Source: an uncultured Phycisphaerales bacterium (GTDB lineage: Bacteria; Planctomycetota; Phycisphaerae; Tepidisphaerales; Tepidisphaeraceae). From it: a stretch of DNA of 64,000 nucleotides. Location: contig CAWJPJ010000007.1 of NCBI GenBank assembly GCA_963844715.1, positions 128,001-192,000 on the forward strand. Reading direction: 5' to 3'. The number at the start of each line of letters is the position of its first letter. Positions within the stretch are counted from its first letter, which is position 1. Positions 49,517 through 60,131 of this stretch are shown here, one piece after another. A program made the translations under genes and the position numbers. Under the pieces are notes generated by a model, which was given only the letters and a program-made list of their open reading frames with translations, ran no database searches and was not told the DNA's origin.

Positions 49517-51213
49517 GCGTAGCTGTGCAATCCCACCAGCAGGAAATTCACGCCGATCCAGTTGAAGAGCATTACGAAGAACCCGAAGCATCCGAGGACG
49601 GCCGTCCACCATCCCTTGTTGCTGGTTGCCACGCGCACGTGCACGACGATCAAATAGACCAGCCATGTGACCAGGGCGAAGGTCTCCTTCGGGTCCCATC
49701 CCCACGGCCGGCCCCAGCTCTGGTCGGCCCAGATCGCCCCCAGAATGATCCCCGCACCCAAGACCCAAAAGGCCAATTGCAAAACGACCAGGTTGCATGT
49801 GTCGAGCGCCGCAAGGGAAAGGCCGCCTTGGGTTGATCCGCCAATCAGTGCCCGTTGATCCGCCGGCGTTGAGTAATAGCGCAGCAGCCACCAGGCGCTG
49901 AGCACAAACCCCATGGCGATCAGCGCATAAGCCGTCGTCACCATGGTGACGTGGATGTACAGCCAGTAGCTCATGAGGATTCCCTGCACCGGGGCGATTT
50001 CGCCGCCGATTTGGGTGCCGGTGACGTAGGGGGCGGTGAAGATGGCGACCAGCGCCAGGGCCCCGACGAAGCTTGCCGCCGCGCCGAATACGCCGCGCGG
50101 CCAGCGGATTTCCAGGATCAGGCCGATCAGCGCCTCGAACCACGCCGAGAACATCACGCTCTCGAATTCGTTTTTGATGGGCGGGAAGATGTCGCCCACC
50201 AGCCACCAGCGGATGCCGATGCCGGTCGTATGAATGGCGAACCCGATGATCATGAACCGCAGCGCCCATTTGCGCAAGCCCCCCAGTCCCGATCGCGCCG
50301 CCATCGCGAACAAGACGAACGCGATCACATAAAACGCCGCGCCGGGAATCGTCAGCTTCATTAGCCGGTTGTAAGTCACTTCCACCACGCGCTTGAGATG
50401 CGAGGGATAAACGTCGGGGTTGATCTGCGGCAGCAAGTCCGCCAGCGATTGCGCATTGCGATTGATCTTGTCGGCGTTCCCCTTGTCCCACCCGTCGAGC
50501 AGACCGCCGCTGGCGGCGAAAATATTTGATAGCAGGGGGACTCGATCCTCATAACCGGGAACGGGGTCTGGCGGCGCGGAGCCCGTCTTCTTGATCACAT
50601 CCACCAATTCCGGAACGTCGCCGAACATTTCGCGCAGGCGGTGCCATTTCACATCGTCGGGCGAGTTCGTGGCCGGAGGGATGATGTCCGCCGGAATCAG
50701 GCCCGCTTCCTTGACGCAGATGATGCTCATCGCATCGCGGGCCATCATGATCTGGTCGATCGCCTTCGATTTGGCGACGGAACGCGCCTGCACGTCCCGC
50801 AGCAGATCAAGCACATCCTGCTGCTCGAGGAAGACCAGCGAAACCGTCCCTTCGTGGAGGATGCGCTGCTTTTCTATGTCGTCGATGGAATCGAGGAGTT
50901 GAAATTCCTGCCGCAGGGGAACGTTGGCGATCTTGATGACGTTGCGATGGACCCATCGTTCGGGGCGGAACGACATATCCAGCAGCACCCACAAACTGTC
51001 GTGCCCGTCGAGGCTGGTACGTCCGGCGATCTGATCCACCGCTTGCCGGGCGAAGGTATCGAGCGTCTTGATCGTCTGATCATTTTGCACGGCGATGGTG
51101 CGCAGGGGCGAAAGATCGACGTGATCGGCCCAGGCGTCGCCCGAGTCGTCCGCCAGCGCCACGCCGGGGAGGATTAGCAGCAACAGAGCGATAAAGGCCG
51201 CGCGAATTTTCAT
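49513..51213 (-). CDS. ccsA: System II cytochrome c biogenesis protein CcsA/ResC with N-terminal periplasmic domain
   Basis: KTLDTFAR domain, L.SYWLYIHV, GAIWADQSWGRPWGWDPKET (WWD motif) and C-terminal GLHSYA. Confidence 0.92.
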   Translation of the reverse strand: MKIRAAFIALLLLILPGVALADDSGDAWADHVDLSPLRTIAVQNDQTIKTLDTFARQAVDQIAGRTSLDGHDSLWVLLDMSFRPERWVHRNVIKIANVPLRQEFQLLDSIDDIEKQRILHEGTVSLVFLEQQDVLDLLRDVQARSVAKSKAIDQIMMARDAMSIICVKEAGLIPADIIPPATNSPDDVKWHRLREMFGDVPELVDVIKKTGSAPPDPVPGYEDRVPLLSNIFAASGGLLDGWDKGNADKINRNAQSLADLLPQINPDVYPSHLKRVVEVTYNRLMKLTIPGAAFYVIAFVLFAMAARSGLGGLRKWALRFMIIGFAIHTTGIGIRWWLVGDIFPPIKNEFESVMFSAWFEALIGLILEIRWPRGVFGAAASFVGALALVAIFTAPYVTGTQIGGEIAPVQGILMSYWLYIHVTMVTTAYALIAMGFVLSAWWLLRYYSTPADQRALIGGSTQGGLSLAALDTCNLVVLQLAFWVLGAGIILGAIWADQSWGRPWGWDPKETFALVTWLVYLIVVHVRVATSNKGWWTAVLGCFGFFVMLFNWIGVNFLLVGLHSYA

Positions 51214-53280
51214 GTGACAGGCGCCTGGGTTTCCGTTCGGCTGGCGGATCGCGCCAGCGCCGCCGCTTTCATCCGCCGGATGATGGTTGGTTTGACATAA
51301 AATGCGTAGAGCAGGCCGGCGACGATCATCACGCATCCGCCGACCATGATCCCCACGCCGGGGCGGTTTCCCACTCCGATGACCGTAAACCGCTCGTCCG
51401 GATCATATCCGGCCTGGAAGAAAATATATCTCCCGCCGTCGAAATAGATCGGATTGTTCCCACTGGTCACGCCCACGCTGCGTTCGCCCGTGGCGTCCTG
51501 GATTTCCAGGGTCGAGCGAAAATCGCGAAACGGCCCATTATCCCCATCGCCGCCCGGATAATGGACCAACTCAAATTTCCGAAGAGTCAGCAACGCCGGC
51601 AGCGGCAGCGGAACCGATCCCAATTGCAATTGCAGGGGTGCGGATGCGCCTGGTACGCGAACCGTCCCCAGGCTCCACGGATCGAACGGCTCCTGAAGCG
51701 CCGGATCGGGCGCGGCATATAAATCGCACGGAACCGCCACATCCTGCGACCAATCGCCGCAGCTGACCCGTATCATTACCACCTGCTTCACGCCCGACTC
51801 GCCTAAATCCTTCTCCCGCCGCGCTGTCGGCGTCGGCACCACCCGGCTGGAGATGCTGACATGCGCCACGCGGCTGACATCGGCGGTCACATCCGATCCC
51901 TCAATATTCAGCGGAATCTGCCCGCCGTTGGAAAAATCCTGGATCGTCGTCGGCTGCGTGAACGAGGTATGAACGCAGATCAGCGTCTTGTCGCCCGATG
52001 TCAGCAGAGTGTATTTTTCCTCGCCCCCCTGGCTCGGCATCAGATCGGCCGCGTCGTCAAAACTGAATTGCAGCACCAGGTCCTTGTCGAGCGGCTCTTT
52101 TTGGCGGTTTCCCTTCACCATCGGCGGCGTGTTCGCCGGGTCCATTTTGAAATCAGTCTGGAGCGTGCGGCCCGCCAAGATCATCCGCCAGAATTCCCGC
52201 GCCGGGGCGGGCGATTTGGTCACGATGTGAAGGGTCAGAGCCTGAACCGGCTCGTGCGTCCCAAAAAGCGGGAACGCCGGATTAAACGATTCCAGGTTGA
52301 CGCTATATCCGCCGCCAAGGTCATAGGTCTGCCCCAACTGGGCGCACAAAAGAAATCGGCGGAACTTTGGGTGCCGTTCCGGTTATGTGGAACATGCTCC
52401 CCGCCGCGGCGCGAATCATCTGAAGCGAACCGGGTGAAACATCGCGATGTTCCAGTTCGGTGATTCCGAAGATCTGTTTTGCTGCCGACGGATCGGCTGA
52501 GGAGAGGATCATCGATCCGGAATCGCCGTGCGGGCTGGAGACTTGTAATTCGACGCCGGAATCGTTCGAGCTGGGATCCTCCAAAACATCCTGCGCGACA
52601 TCCGCATAAGCGTAAAACCCGATCACGTCGAACCGAACCGGCTTGCTGAGCCCCAGCCACTGAGTGGGATTGCCGCCCGATTGAGCCTGTCCGGGAACCG
52701 CGCCGAAGTGCTCGATATCCGCCAAATCCGCCCCCGACATCCGCGGCGAGGGGTCTTCCGGCCCATAATCCCCAAATCGCGGAAGTGTTGGCAGCGCGTG
52801 CACTCCAAACACCGGCCGATTCGCCACCCGCACCCAAAGCGCCCGCTGCGTGTTGTCGTAAAAATAAACAGCCGTCTGATTCAGCGGGATCAGGGTGCGC
52901 CCTTCGACTTTAAAGTGATAGTAAAACGATGTCCCGACGATCAGCGTGATGATCCCGGCGTGAATGCACCAGACCCCATATCGCGGCGGGGTCAGAGGGA
53001 TGCGATTCCACGTCACCGTCACGAGGTTCAGGCATAAAAGCAGCATCAACAGCTTCAGCGGCCAGGCGTTGAAGAACTGAAGGTCCGTCATCTCAAAATG
53101 CTCGCGCACCGAGACAATGCCTGACCCGATGGCGATGTAGATGCCAATCGCCGTCATCAGCGCGATCCCGAAGACCACGTTGTTGAAGGTGTACCGAAAA
53201 AGCTTGGCGAGAAATTGCACGACCGGTGGGAGCGATTCTAGAAAAGACGGCTGATAAAGCCAACGGCAACCCCGTCGCAT
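51210..53280 (-). CDS. resB: Cytochrome c biogenesis ResB/CcsB-like protein (indel near 52345)
   Basis: N-terminal TMs with H.G..T....G; F....YPG.....DF.S, N.P....Y.FFQ and a C-terminal TM FYVKP. Adjacent to ccsA; start uncertain. Confidence 0.7.
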
Positions 53281-53382
53281 TGTGGATAAAGCAGTGGAAA
53301 ATCGCGCCGCCCCAACCGCCGGATTCATAAACAATTAATTGATAATAAGTTACAGATTAAACAGGATTTGCACATTTCCACA
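53281..53382. promoter_or_regulatory. Second DnaA-box cluster in an AT-rich intergenic region
   Basis: TGTGGATAA at 53281-53289 (perfect), AGTGGAAAA at 53293-53301, ATTTGCACA at 53366-53374 and ATTTCCACA at 53374-53382. Confidence 0.5.
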
Positions 53383-53453
53383 AATTCCCATTGACGTCCG
53401 GTAACTGTTAGGTAATAATTAGCCCTAACATATTCCGTCCAAAGGAGTGGGCC

Positions 53454-54044
53454 ATGATGACTGTTCGACAGATGCAGAGGCTTTGGGATACCCGGCAGTA
53501 CAACCGCCTGAGCGAGGAAATCTCGTCTCAGCGCATCGAAGCAATGGCCGTGCGCGAGTTGGCCGATCATCCAACGATTGCGGCGGCGGCGTGGGGGCTC
53601 ATTCGCCTCGAAGAACTAAATCAGCCGCACGTTCCCCTGTGCCGAATCCTCATTAACGCCCTTCTTTCGCGTCAGGAACTGGATGGCGGCTGGGGGAACG
53701 TGGCCGTCACGGCGTTGGCGCTCCGCGCGCTTTCCCTCTGGAATGGCAACGGCCCGGCGATTGATCGCGGCATGAGCTATCTGGCCGCTCTTCAGCAGCC
53801 CGCCGGGATCTGGCCGCGGATTCCGATTCGCCGTCTATCCGCCAATGCGCTGGTTTCCGCATTCGTCATGCTTCAACTTGGGGACAATGCGCAGTTCCGG
53901 GCCGCCGTCGATTTCAACGCGGCGGTCAACTGGTTCCAATTTCATGCCTCCGAAGCTGATCCCGCCGCCCAGACTCTCTGGACCCACGCTTGCCCGCGGG
54001 GAGTTATTCGCGCTCAAGGCACGCTCTTCGAACCTGCGAATTAA
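53454..54044 (+). CDS. Hypothetical protein with prenyltransferase/squalene-cyclase-like QxxxGxW repeats
   Basis: AAGGAG SD; QELDGGW and QQPAGIW. Confidence 0.7.
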   Translation: MMTVRQMQRLWDTRQYNRLSEEISSQRIEAMAVRELADHPTIAAAAWGLIRLEELNQPHVPLCRILINALLSRQELDGGWGNVAVTALALRALSLWNGNGPAIDRGMSYLAALQQPAGIWPRIPIRRLSANALVSAFVMLQLGDNAQFRAAVDFNAAVNWFQFHASEADPAAQTLWTHACPRGVIRAQGTLFEPAN

Positions 54045-54264
54045 ATGCAACCGCGGAGGCGCCCGCCGCGGCGGGTAAACTCCGACCGCGGAGACAGACG
54101 CAGAGAAGACCAAATAAGTCCTGAGTTTGGCGATTGATTTATCCGTGCCATCCGCGAAATCCGCGGTCAAAAATCTTTTCTAACCGCGGATTTCACGGAT
54201 GGCACGGATAAAAGCAGTATTTATTTTGCTTTCTCCTTGTCTGTGCGCCTCGGCGGTTGCATTT
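54043..54264. repeat. Nested palindromic composite element
   Basis: Outer IR 54043-54062/54245-54264 (19 of 20 match) and inner IR 54138-54167/54183-54212 (29 of 30). A CCCGCCGCGGCGGGTAAAC hairpin interrupts the left arm. Confidence 0.85.
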
Positions 54265-54280
54265 GTTATCATCCCGCGCG

Positions 54281-55426
54281 ATGGACGCGTTCGCCGCGCA
54301 ATTCTCCAAAACTTCGCGGGTCATCGACGACGGCGTCGCCGGCGGTCTGCATATCGGGGCGCAGGTTTACGTTTCTTATCGCGGCGAGATATTGGCGGAC
54401 GCCGGGATCGGGTTTTCCCGGCCTGGCGTTGAGATGACGCCGGATACGATCATGCCCTGGCTCTCCGCGGGGAAGCCCCTCACGGCGATAGCCATCGGAC
54501 AGCTTCGCGATTCGGGAAGACTCAATTGGGATGACCCGGTCGGGAAATTCATTCCGGAATTTGCCGTCAAGGGAAAAGAGCCGGTCACGATCAAGAACTT
54601 GCTGACCCACACCGGCGGCTTTCGCTGGGCGGATTGTGCCCTGACCATGCCTTGGGAAACGATCATCCAGCGCATCTGCGCCGCGCCGCTCGAACCACGC
54701 TGGGTCGTCGGAACCACCGCCGGATATCACGCCCACACGAGCTGGTTCATCCTCGGCGAGATCATCCGGCGGCTCGATCCTGCGCGGCGGTCCTGCGACC
54801 AGTTTGTGCGCGAGAATATTCTTCTGCCTCTGGCCATGGAAGATTCCTGGCTGGCGATGACCCCGCAGGTTTACCAAAACTACGGTCCGCGCATGGGGCA
54901 ATTGCAGATTACCGGGTCCACCCATCCGACATCGATTCGATTCGATTTGCCCGAGCATACGAGCCTGTGCGCTCCCGGCGGGAGCGCCCGCGGCCCGATT
55001 CGCCAGCTTGGGAAATTTTATGAGATGCTTTTGAACGCCGGGCAAACGCCGGCCGGAAAGCCGGTCGTTTCGCGCCAGACGGTTGCCGAAATGACCCGCC
55101 GCCAGCGTGCCGGTTTGATGGACCTGACTTTCAAGCACATCGTCGATTGGGGATTGGGCTTCATCGTCAATTCCTCCCGCTACGGCGGAGATACCGTCCC
55201 CTACGGTTTTGGCCCCCACGCCTCGCCGGAAACCTACGGCCACGGCGGCAGCCAGTCGTCAACGGCGTTCGCCGATCCGCGCCACGGGCTGATCGTCGCC
55301 CTCGTCTTCAACGGCATGCCCGGCGAAATTGCCCACCAGGAGCGCCTTCGCGCTGTCCTCAAAGCGGTTTACGAAGACCTTCATCTCGACGAAGCCGTCT
55401 CCGGCGAGAGCGACGGAATTTTGTAA
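54281..55426 (+). CDS. Serine hydrolase, beta-lactamase-related (class C-like)
   Basis: SAGK (SxxK), LLTHTGG, YH and GHGG. Confidence 0.88.
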   Translation: MDAFAAQFSKTSRVIDDGVAGGLHIGAQVYVSYRGEILADAGIGFSRPGVEMTPDTIMPWLSAGKPLTAIAIGQLRDSGRLNWDDPVGKFIPEFAVKGKEPVTIKNLLTHTGGFRWADCALTMPWETIIQRICAAPLEPRWVVGTTAGYHAHTSWFILGEIIRRLDPARRSCDQFVRENILLPLAMEDSWLAMTPQVYQNYGPRMGQLQITGSTHPTSIRFDLPEHTSLCAPGGSARGPIRQLGKFYEMLLNAGQTPAGKPVVSRQTVAEMTRRQRAGLMDLTFKHIVDWGLGFIVNSSRYGGDTVPYGFGPHASPETYGHGGSQSSTAFADPRHGLIVALVFNGMPGEIAHQERLRAVLKAVYEDLHLDEAVSGESDGIL

Positions 55427-57228
55427 TAGGTTCGGGCGAACCGGTCCAGTTCCTCCGAATCGATCAGCACAAATCGCGTCGTCGGCATCCCCTGCAGCCA
55501 ATCCTCGACGATGGTCTTCGACGGATCGCTCGTGTCGACGTCGAAAACGGTCTTGTAATTCAGCCGCGTCATCGGGAGTTGATACAAAAAAGCCTGGGCG
55601 TTTCCGACCAGATCGACAACCGCGCCGTCTGGCAAAGTCGTCGTGTCGATCATCAGCCCGTTCAGATTCTCGCGGCCGAGCATATCGACCAGATCCGGAT
55701 ATTTTTGGGTCACTTGCAGCAGATGCAGGGCGATCAGGGTGGTTCCCAATCCTGCAACAATCGCCGCCGCCAAAGCGCTGGCGTGTTTCCACGCGTTTCC
55801 CTCGACTTGCCCGACGAGCATCGCCGCGATCGGAATGGCCATCACCATGAATCGTCCTTGAACGTGCGTAAAGCAAATCCAAAAGAGGATTTGAACCGCC
55901 AGTAAAACCGCCAAAAAAACCGCGCGGCGTCGCCGAGAGATGAGAACTGCCGCCAATGCCATCGGCAGCAGGATGTATCCATAGCGTGGATCGATGGCGA
56001 CTTGCGTACCGAACGCCGCCAGTCGCCCCACAGCCGAGCAGTGTTCCGCATTGGGAACCTCATGCGCCAGATGCCAGCGCTCGACCTGTACGTCGCTGAA
56101 ATAGCTGTGCCCGATCCATCTCATTGCTTCGGGGAAGACCGGATTGCCGGCCCAAACTTGATTGCGAATGAGCCAGGGAGAGAGCGCGACCAGCGCACAG
56201 GCAATGAACGCCGCGCATCGAGCGATGGTTCGCCCGGACATTTGCGTGATAAGTAGCCCGATCGGTATTCCCGCGAGCAGGACCGGAACGGCCGTGAGTT
56301 TCGCCCCCGCCGCGAAGCCCGCGAATAGGCCCGCCAGCGCCATCTGGCGGATATTTTCCGCGCGCATCGCCCAACCGATCGCCAGGGTTCCCCACAGGAG
56401 CATTCCTCCTTCGTTGTAGGCAACCGCCGCGAGCAGCGGAATCCACGGAGCCGCCGCCATGAGAATTGCCGCCACCGCGCCGCGCCATCCCCTGCCGCAG
56501 ATCGTCCAGACCGCCAGCACCGCAAGTCCGCACATCGCGGCGTGCATGAATTGCGCCAGGTACATTCCGCGCCACGGCCCGCCGCTGAGTTGCATCGCCA
56601 GCAGGTAATGCATCTCGACGTTGAACGGAAAAAACGAAAAGACGTTGTGATGCAGCGGAACGATTTTGCCCGCCTCGAACCATTCGCGCGGAACCTGGAG
56701 GTGATATTCCGTCACGTCATAGCCGCTGGGATCGTCCGAGCCCCACAAAAAACCCGGTGGAATCAGCGCCGCGAAAAAAACCATTCCCGCCAGCGGCGCC
56801 AGGATCAGAAAAGCCCAATTGCCCGGCGAATCCTCGCGGGGTTTTTGCAAGAATTTCCAAACCGGAACGACCGCGATCGCCGCGCCGACGCACACCAGCG
56901 CGACCGCCGAGCCGTGATTCAGCCACCCCAGCAATCCAAGCCCTAAAACCAACAAACTCAGCAGTCCCATCCCCGCAGCCAGGCTGGTTACTAGCGTCCA
57001 GGCATCATCACGGCCCAGAAGTTTATGGACGATCCATCCGAACCCCCCGCATGCGGCAAGCCACGCGATGAGCATTCCGCCGTCCGTGGACAATCGATAA
57101 AGCGCCAGCCCCCAAGCCCGCCCCGCGAAGATCAGCACCACGATCAGAAAGATTGCCGCGGCCGCGGCGGCGACCGCGACGGAGCCGGGAATGTTGCCTT
57201 GACGGCGAGTTTTGCCTTCGGTGGTCAA
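55381..57228 (-). CDS. Polytopic membrane protein, probable GT-C fold glycosyltransferase
   Basis: YDV.EYHL..P, F..FP..VE, G...G.K and PWLIRN...GNPVFP, with many TM helices. Confidence 0.7.
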   Translation of the reverse strand: MTTEGKTRRQGNIPGSVAVAAAAAAIFLIVVLIFAGRAWGLALYRLSTDGGMLIAWLAACGGFGWIVHKLLGRDDAWTLVTSLAAGMGLLSLLVLGLGLLGWLNHGSAVALVCVGAAIAVVPVWKFLQKPREDSPGNWAFLILAPLAGMVFFAALIPPGFLWGSDDPSGYDVTEYHLQVPREWFEAGKIVPLHHNVFSFFPFNVEMHYLLAMQLSGGPWRGMYLAQFMHAAMCGLAVLAVWTICGRGWRGAVAAILMAAAPWIPLLAAVAYNEGGMLLWGTLAIGWAMRAENIRQMALAGLFAGFAAGAKLTAVPVLLAGIPIGLLITQMSGRTIARCAAFIACALVALSPWLIRNQVWAGNPVFPEAMRWIGHSYFSDVQVERWHLAHEVPNAEHCSAVGRLAAFGTQVAIDPRYGYILLPMALAAVLISRRRRAVFLAVLLAVQILFWICFTHVQGRFMVMAIPIAAMLVGQVEGNAWKHASALAAAIVAGLGTTLIALHLLQVTQKYPDLVDMLGRENLNGLMIDTTTLPDGAVVDLVGNAQAFLYQLPMTRLNYKTVFDVDTSDPSKTIVEDWLQGMPTTRFVLIDSEELDRFARTYYKIPSLSPETASSR

Positions 57229-58511
57229 GATTGTTCCGGCTCGTCCAAACCGAAGAGTTTTTCCATGGCATGAAGATATTGCGTCGCCGGCCCGTGCATT
57301 TCCCCCGAATCGCGCAACTGCCGGATCGGATCGTGCAGCAATTTATTGACGATCCGCCGCGTCAGTTCTTCCAGATATTGCCGCTCCTCCGCCGAGATAT
57401 CGGGGAATTTCCCGAGCGTGCGCTGCAATTCATCGTTGGCGACGGCATGCCAGCGGCGGTGAAGCTCGTCGATAAGCGGACCCAACTGCCGGGCCCGGTT
57501 CCAACTGACAAACTGCTCGACGTGGTCGGCCAGGATTTTCCCGGCCGCTTCCAGCGCCGCGCTGCGCTGCCCGCGCGTCGCGGAGACGACGCGCTGGAGA
57601 TCGTCCAGGTTGTAGAGATAGACATTCTGCAACTCGCCAACGTCCGCCGCCACGTCGCGCGGGACGGCGATGTCGATCAAAAACACCGGCTTGTATCGCC
57701 GCCGCCGCATCACCGCCTCGAACATCGCCTTTGAAATAATCGGCGTCGTCGAGCCGGTGCTGGTGAGCACGATATCCGCCGCCGCCAGGTGATCGGCTAG
57801 CTTCTCCCACGGCGCGCTGATCCCACCGAATTTCGACGCCAGGTCCGCGCCCTTGGCCGGGTCGCGATTGCACACCAGCAGTTTCCCGGGCTTGAGTTCC
57901 GCGAGTCCGGTCAACATCAGCCCTGCCATTTTTCCCGCCCCGATGCTCAGAATTGTCTTATCGCCGAAGGTGTCGAAGATTTGCCTGGCACAATCCACCG
58001 CCACGCTCGCCACGGAAATCCGCCCCTCGGCCAGTCCCGTGTCGCCCAGAATCTGCTTTCCCACCGCCAGCGCTCGCTGAAAGAGCGGATTGAGCGTCGG
58101 CCCGGCCGTCTGCAATTTGCTGGCGGCGTCGTACGCCTGCCGCACCTGGCCCAGAATCTGCGTCTCACCGAGGATCATCGAATCCATCGAGGCCGCCACC
58201 GCGAAAAGATGCGCCACGACCTCGCGTTCCGATTTTTCGTAAAGATGCGGCGTGATCTCGGCTTCCCCAACTCCGCGCACTTCGGCGAGAAACCGGGTCA
58301 ATTCCGCCGGCGCCGGCGCGCCGTGCGGGTGACGCGCGACATATAGCTCCACGCGATTGCACGTCGACAGCAAGACAAACTCGCATGACTCGAACTTTTG
58401 CCGCAGCGACACCAACGCGGCGTCCCGCTGGTTATTGTCGAAGGCGAGCCTTTCGCGCAGCTCCAGCAGGGCCGTTGTGTGATTCAGTCCCACCATGATG
58501 AGCCGATGCAT
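57225..58511 (-). CDS. hemA: Glutamyl-tRNA reductase
   Basis: GLNH.TA...RE, LSTCNRVE, S...GETQILGQ, GAGKM and DIAVPRDV. Confidence 0.96.
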   Translation of the reverse strand: MHRLIMVGLNHTTALLELRERLAFDNNQRDAALVSLRQKFESCEFVLLSTCNRVELYVARHPHGAPAPAELTRFLAEVRGVGEAEITPHLYEKSEREVVAHLFAVAASMDSMILGETQILGQVRQAYDAASKLQTAGPTLNPLFQRALAVGKQILGDTGLAEGRISVASVAVDCARQIFDTFGDKTILSIGAGKMAGLMLTGLAELKPGKLLVCNRDPAKGADLASKFGGISAPWEKLADHLAAADIVLTSTGSTTPIISKAMFEAVMRRRRYKPVFLIDIAVPRDVAADVGELQNVYLYNLDDLQRVVSATRGQRSAALEAAGKILADHVEQFVSWNRARQLGPLIDELHRRWHAVANDELQRTLGKFPDISAEERQYLEELTRRIVNKLLHDPIRQLRDSGEMHGPATQYLHAMEKLFGLDEPEQS

Positions 58512-59353
58512 TCAGTGTCCCCCCGGCATGAACTGCACGGCGATCAAAGTCCCAAACATGAGACAGAACCCAACGATGCTTAGCACCGCGCTGCGCCGCC
58601 CGCGCGCCGCCGGATTGATCGGCGTGTGCAGCGCCAGCGCGTAGACCACCCACACCCCAACGGCGAGCCAGATCTTGGGGCTTTCATACCAATTCGGCCC
58701 CAGGCGCGTGTGCGAACCCTCCTGGGCAATGCGCAGCCGCGCCGGTGATCATGCCGATGGTGAGCAGCGCAAACCCGCTGGCGGCGGCGAGCTGAGTGGT
58801 CCGCTCCAGCCGCTCCAGATTTCCCAGCGGCGCCGCGGCTCCGGGATTTTTTTTACGCAAGCCGCGCGCTGGCGATGAGATACATTCCCCCGCACGCCGC
58901 CGCGACGGCGAACGCCAAGGCGCTCCCGAAGGTCGTCACCCGATGGGCCCAGAACCACCACCCCTCGGTGTGATAAGCGCTGGGGCTCAATCGTCCGAAA
59001 ATCGCCGCCGACGCCATCATCAGGGCGACCACCGGCAGCAGAAATAATTCAAGCGCCGGAATCGGCCGCACCCGCTGCACATAGGCGACAAAAATCGCCA
59101 GCATCAGCCCCAGCGCCAGCAGCGACTCGAAATTATCCTCCGGAAAATGCCAGCTTCCTCGCGACGAGCAATGCCAAACCAGCGCCGCCAGGCCCAGGCA
59201 GATTGCCCAATATTGCGATGATTTCCCCAGCAGGCGCACTTTGTTGCTGGGATTGTGGAAACGCACGAGCGCCATCGCCGCCGCCAGCACGGCCATCAGC
59301 GTCGCCGCGATCAGCAGGATCATCTGGCCGAGATTGGGGGGTTGCGGGGGCAA
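58512..59353 (-). CDS. CcsA/HemX-like cytochrome c assembly family membrane protein (indels)
   Basis: TM helices, W...H, A...G.MYL and WYESPK in a later frame. Located between the precorrin-2 dehydrogenase gene and hemA. Confidence 0.7.
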
Positions 59354-59374
59354 GGGCGGCTCCGGTTGAATTGT

Positions 59375-60028
59375 TCAGGGCGACTGCGGGTTCAATTTGA
59401 TCTCCGGCAGATCCGGAAATTGCTTCCGCGTCCATTCCCAAAGTTCCTGGATTCCGCCGCGGGTTTGAATCGCGGCCTCATCCGTCGCCAGCGCGCGGAA
59501 AATTTCCCGGCGGCGGCCGATCGGCAATCCGGACGATTTGATCTTGGGACGCAATAAATACATCGCTCCGGCGAGATTGATCCAATCATCGGAGAGCGAC
59601 CCGGAAAGCCGGTCGCGCAACGCCGCCGCCAGCGCGGCTGACCCGGATGTCGAAACCGCCACCACCACCGCCCCCAGCCGCAGCACCGCCGGCGTCGCAA
59701 AATCCGCCGATTCCTCCTCATCGGAATCCGCGCGGCCGACCAAAATGTTCCGTTTCCGCGCCTCGGCGACCACGGCGTCGTTTACTGCCGGCGAATCCGT
59801 CGCCGCGAAAACCAATCCCGCCCCATCCAGATGCGCCGGGGCGAAATCCTCGTTAATCTTTCGCACTTCAGCCGGGAAATCGCGGACAAATTTCGGCGCC
59901 ACCGCGCGGACATCCTGCGCCCCCGCCGCCAGCACGCCCGCGGCCTTGCGCGCCGCGACGGCTCCCCCGCCGACGATTACGACCGCCCGATGCGATAAAT
60001 CGAGCAAAATGGGATATCCCTGACGCAT
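59375..60028 (-). CDS. Precorrin-2 dehydrogenase / sirohydrochlorin ferrochelatase (CysG N-terminal, SirC/Met8-like)
   Basis: YPILLDL...VIVGGGAVA.RK, VFAATD...N, DF..PA and AVSTSG. Confidence 0.9.
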   Translation of the reverse strand: MRQGYPILLDLSHRAVVIVGGGAVAARKAAGVLAAGAQDVRAVAPKFVRDFPAEVRKINEDFAPAHLDGAGLVFAATDSPAVNDAVVAEARKRNILVGRADSDEEESADFATPAVLRLGAVVVAVSTSGSAALAAALRDRLSGSLSDDWINLAGAMYLLRPKIKSSGLPIGRRREIFRALATDEAAIQTRGGIQELWEWTRKQFPDLPEIKLNPQSP

Positions 60029-60131
60029 CTTTTTCCGCCCAAATCTTATCGCCGTGGCACCCGGCGGGGTAGTCGGGCCGGTCGGCGTTGTCTTGGCCCC
60101 ACCATGGAGCTATTGTCGCGTTCTCCATTTA

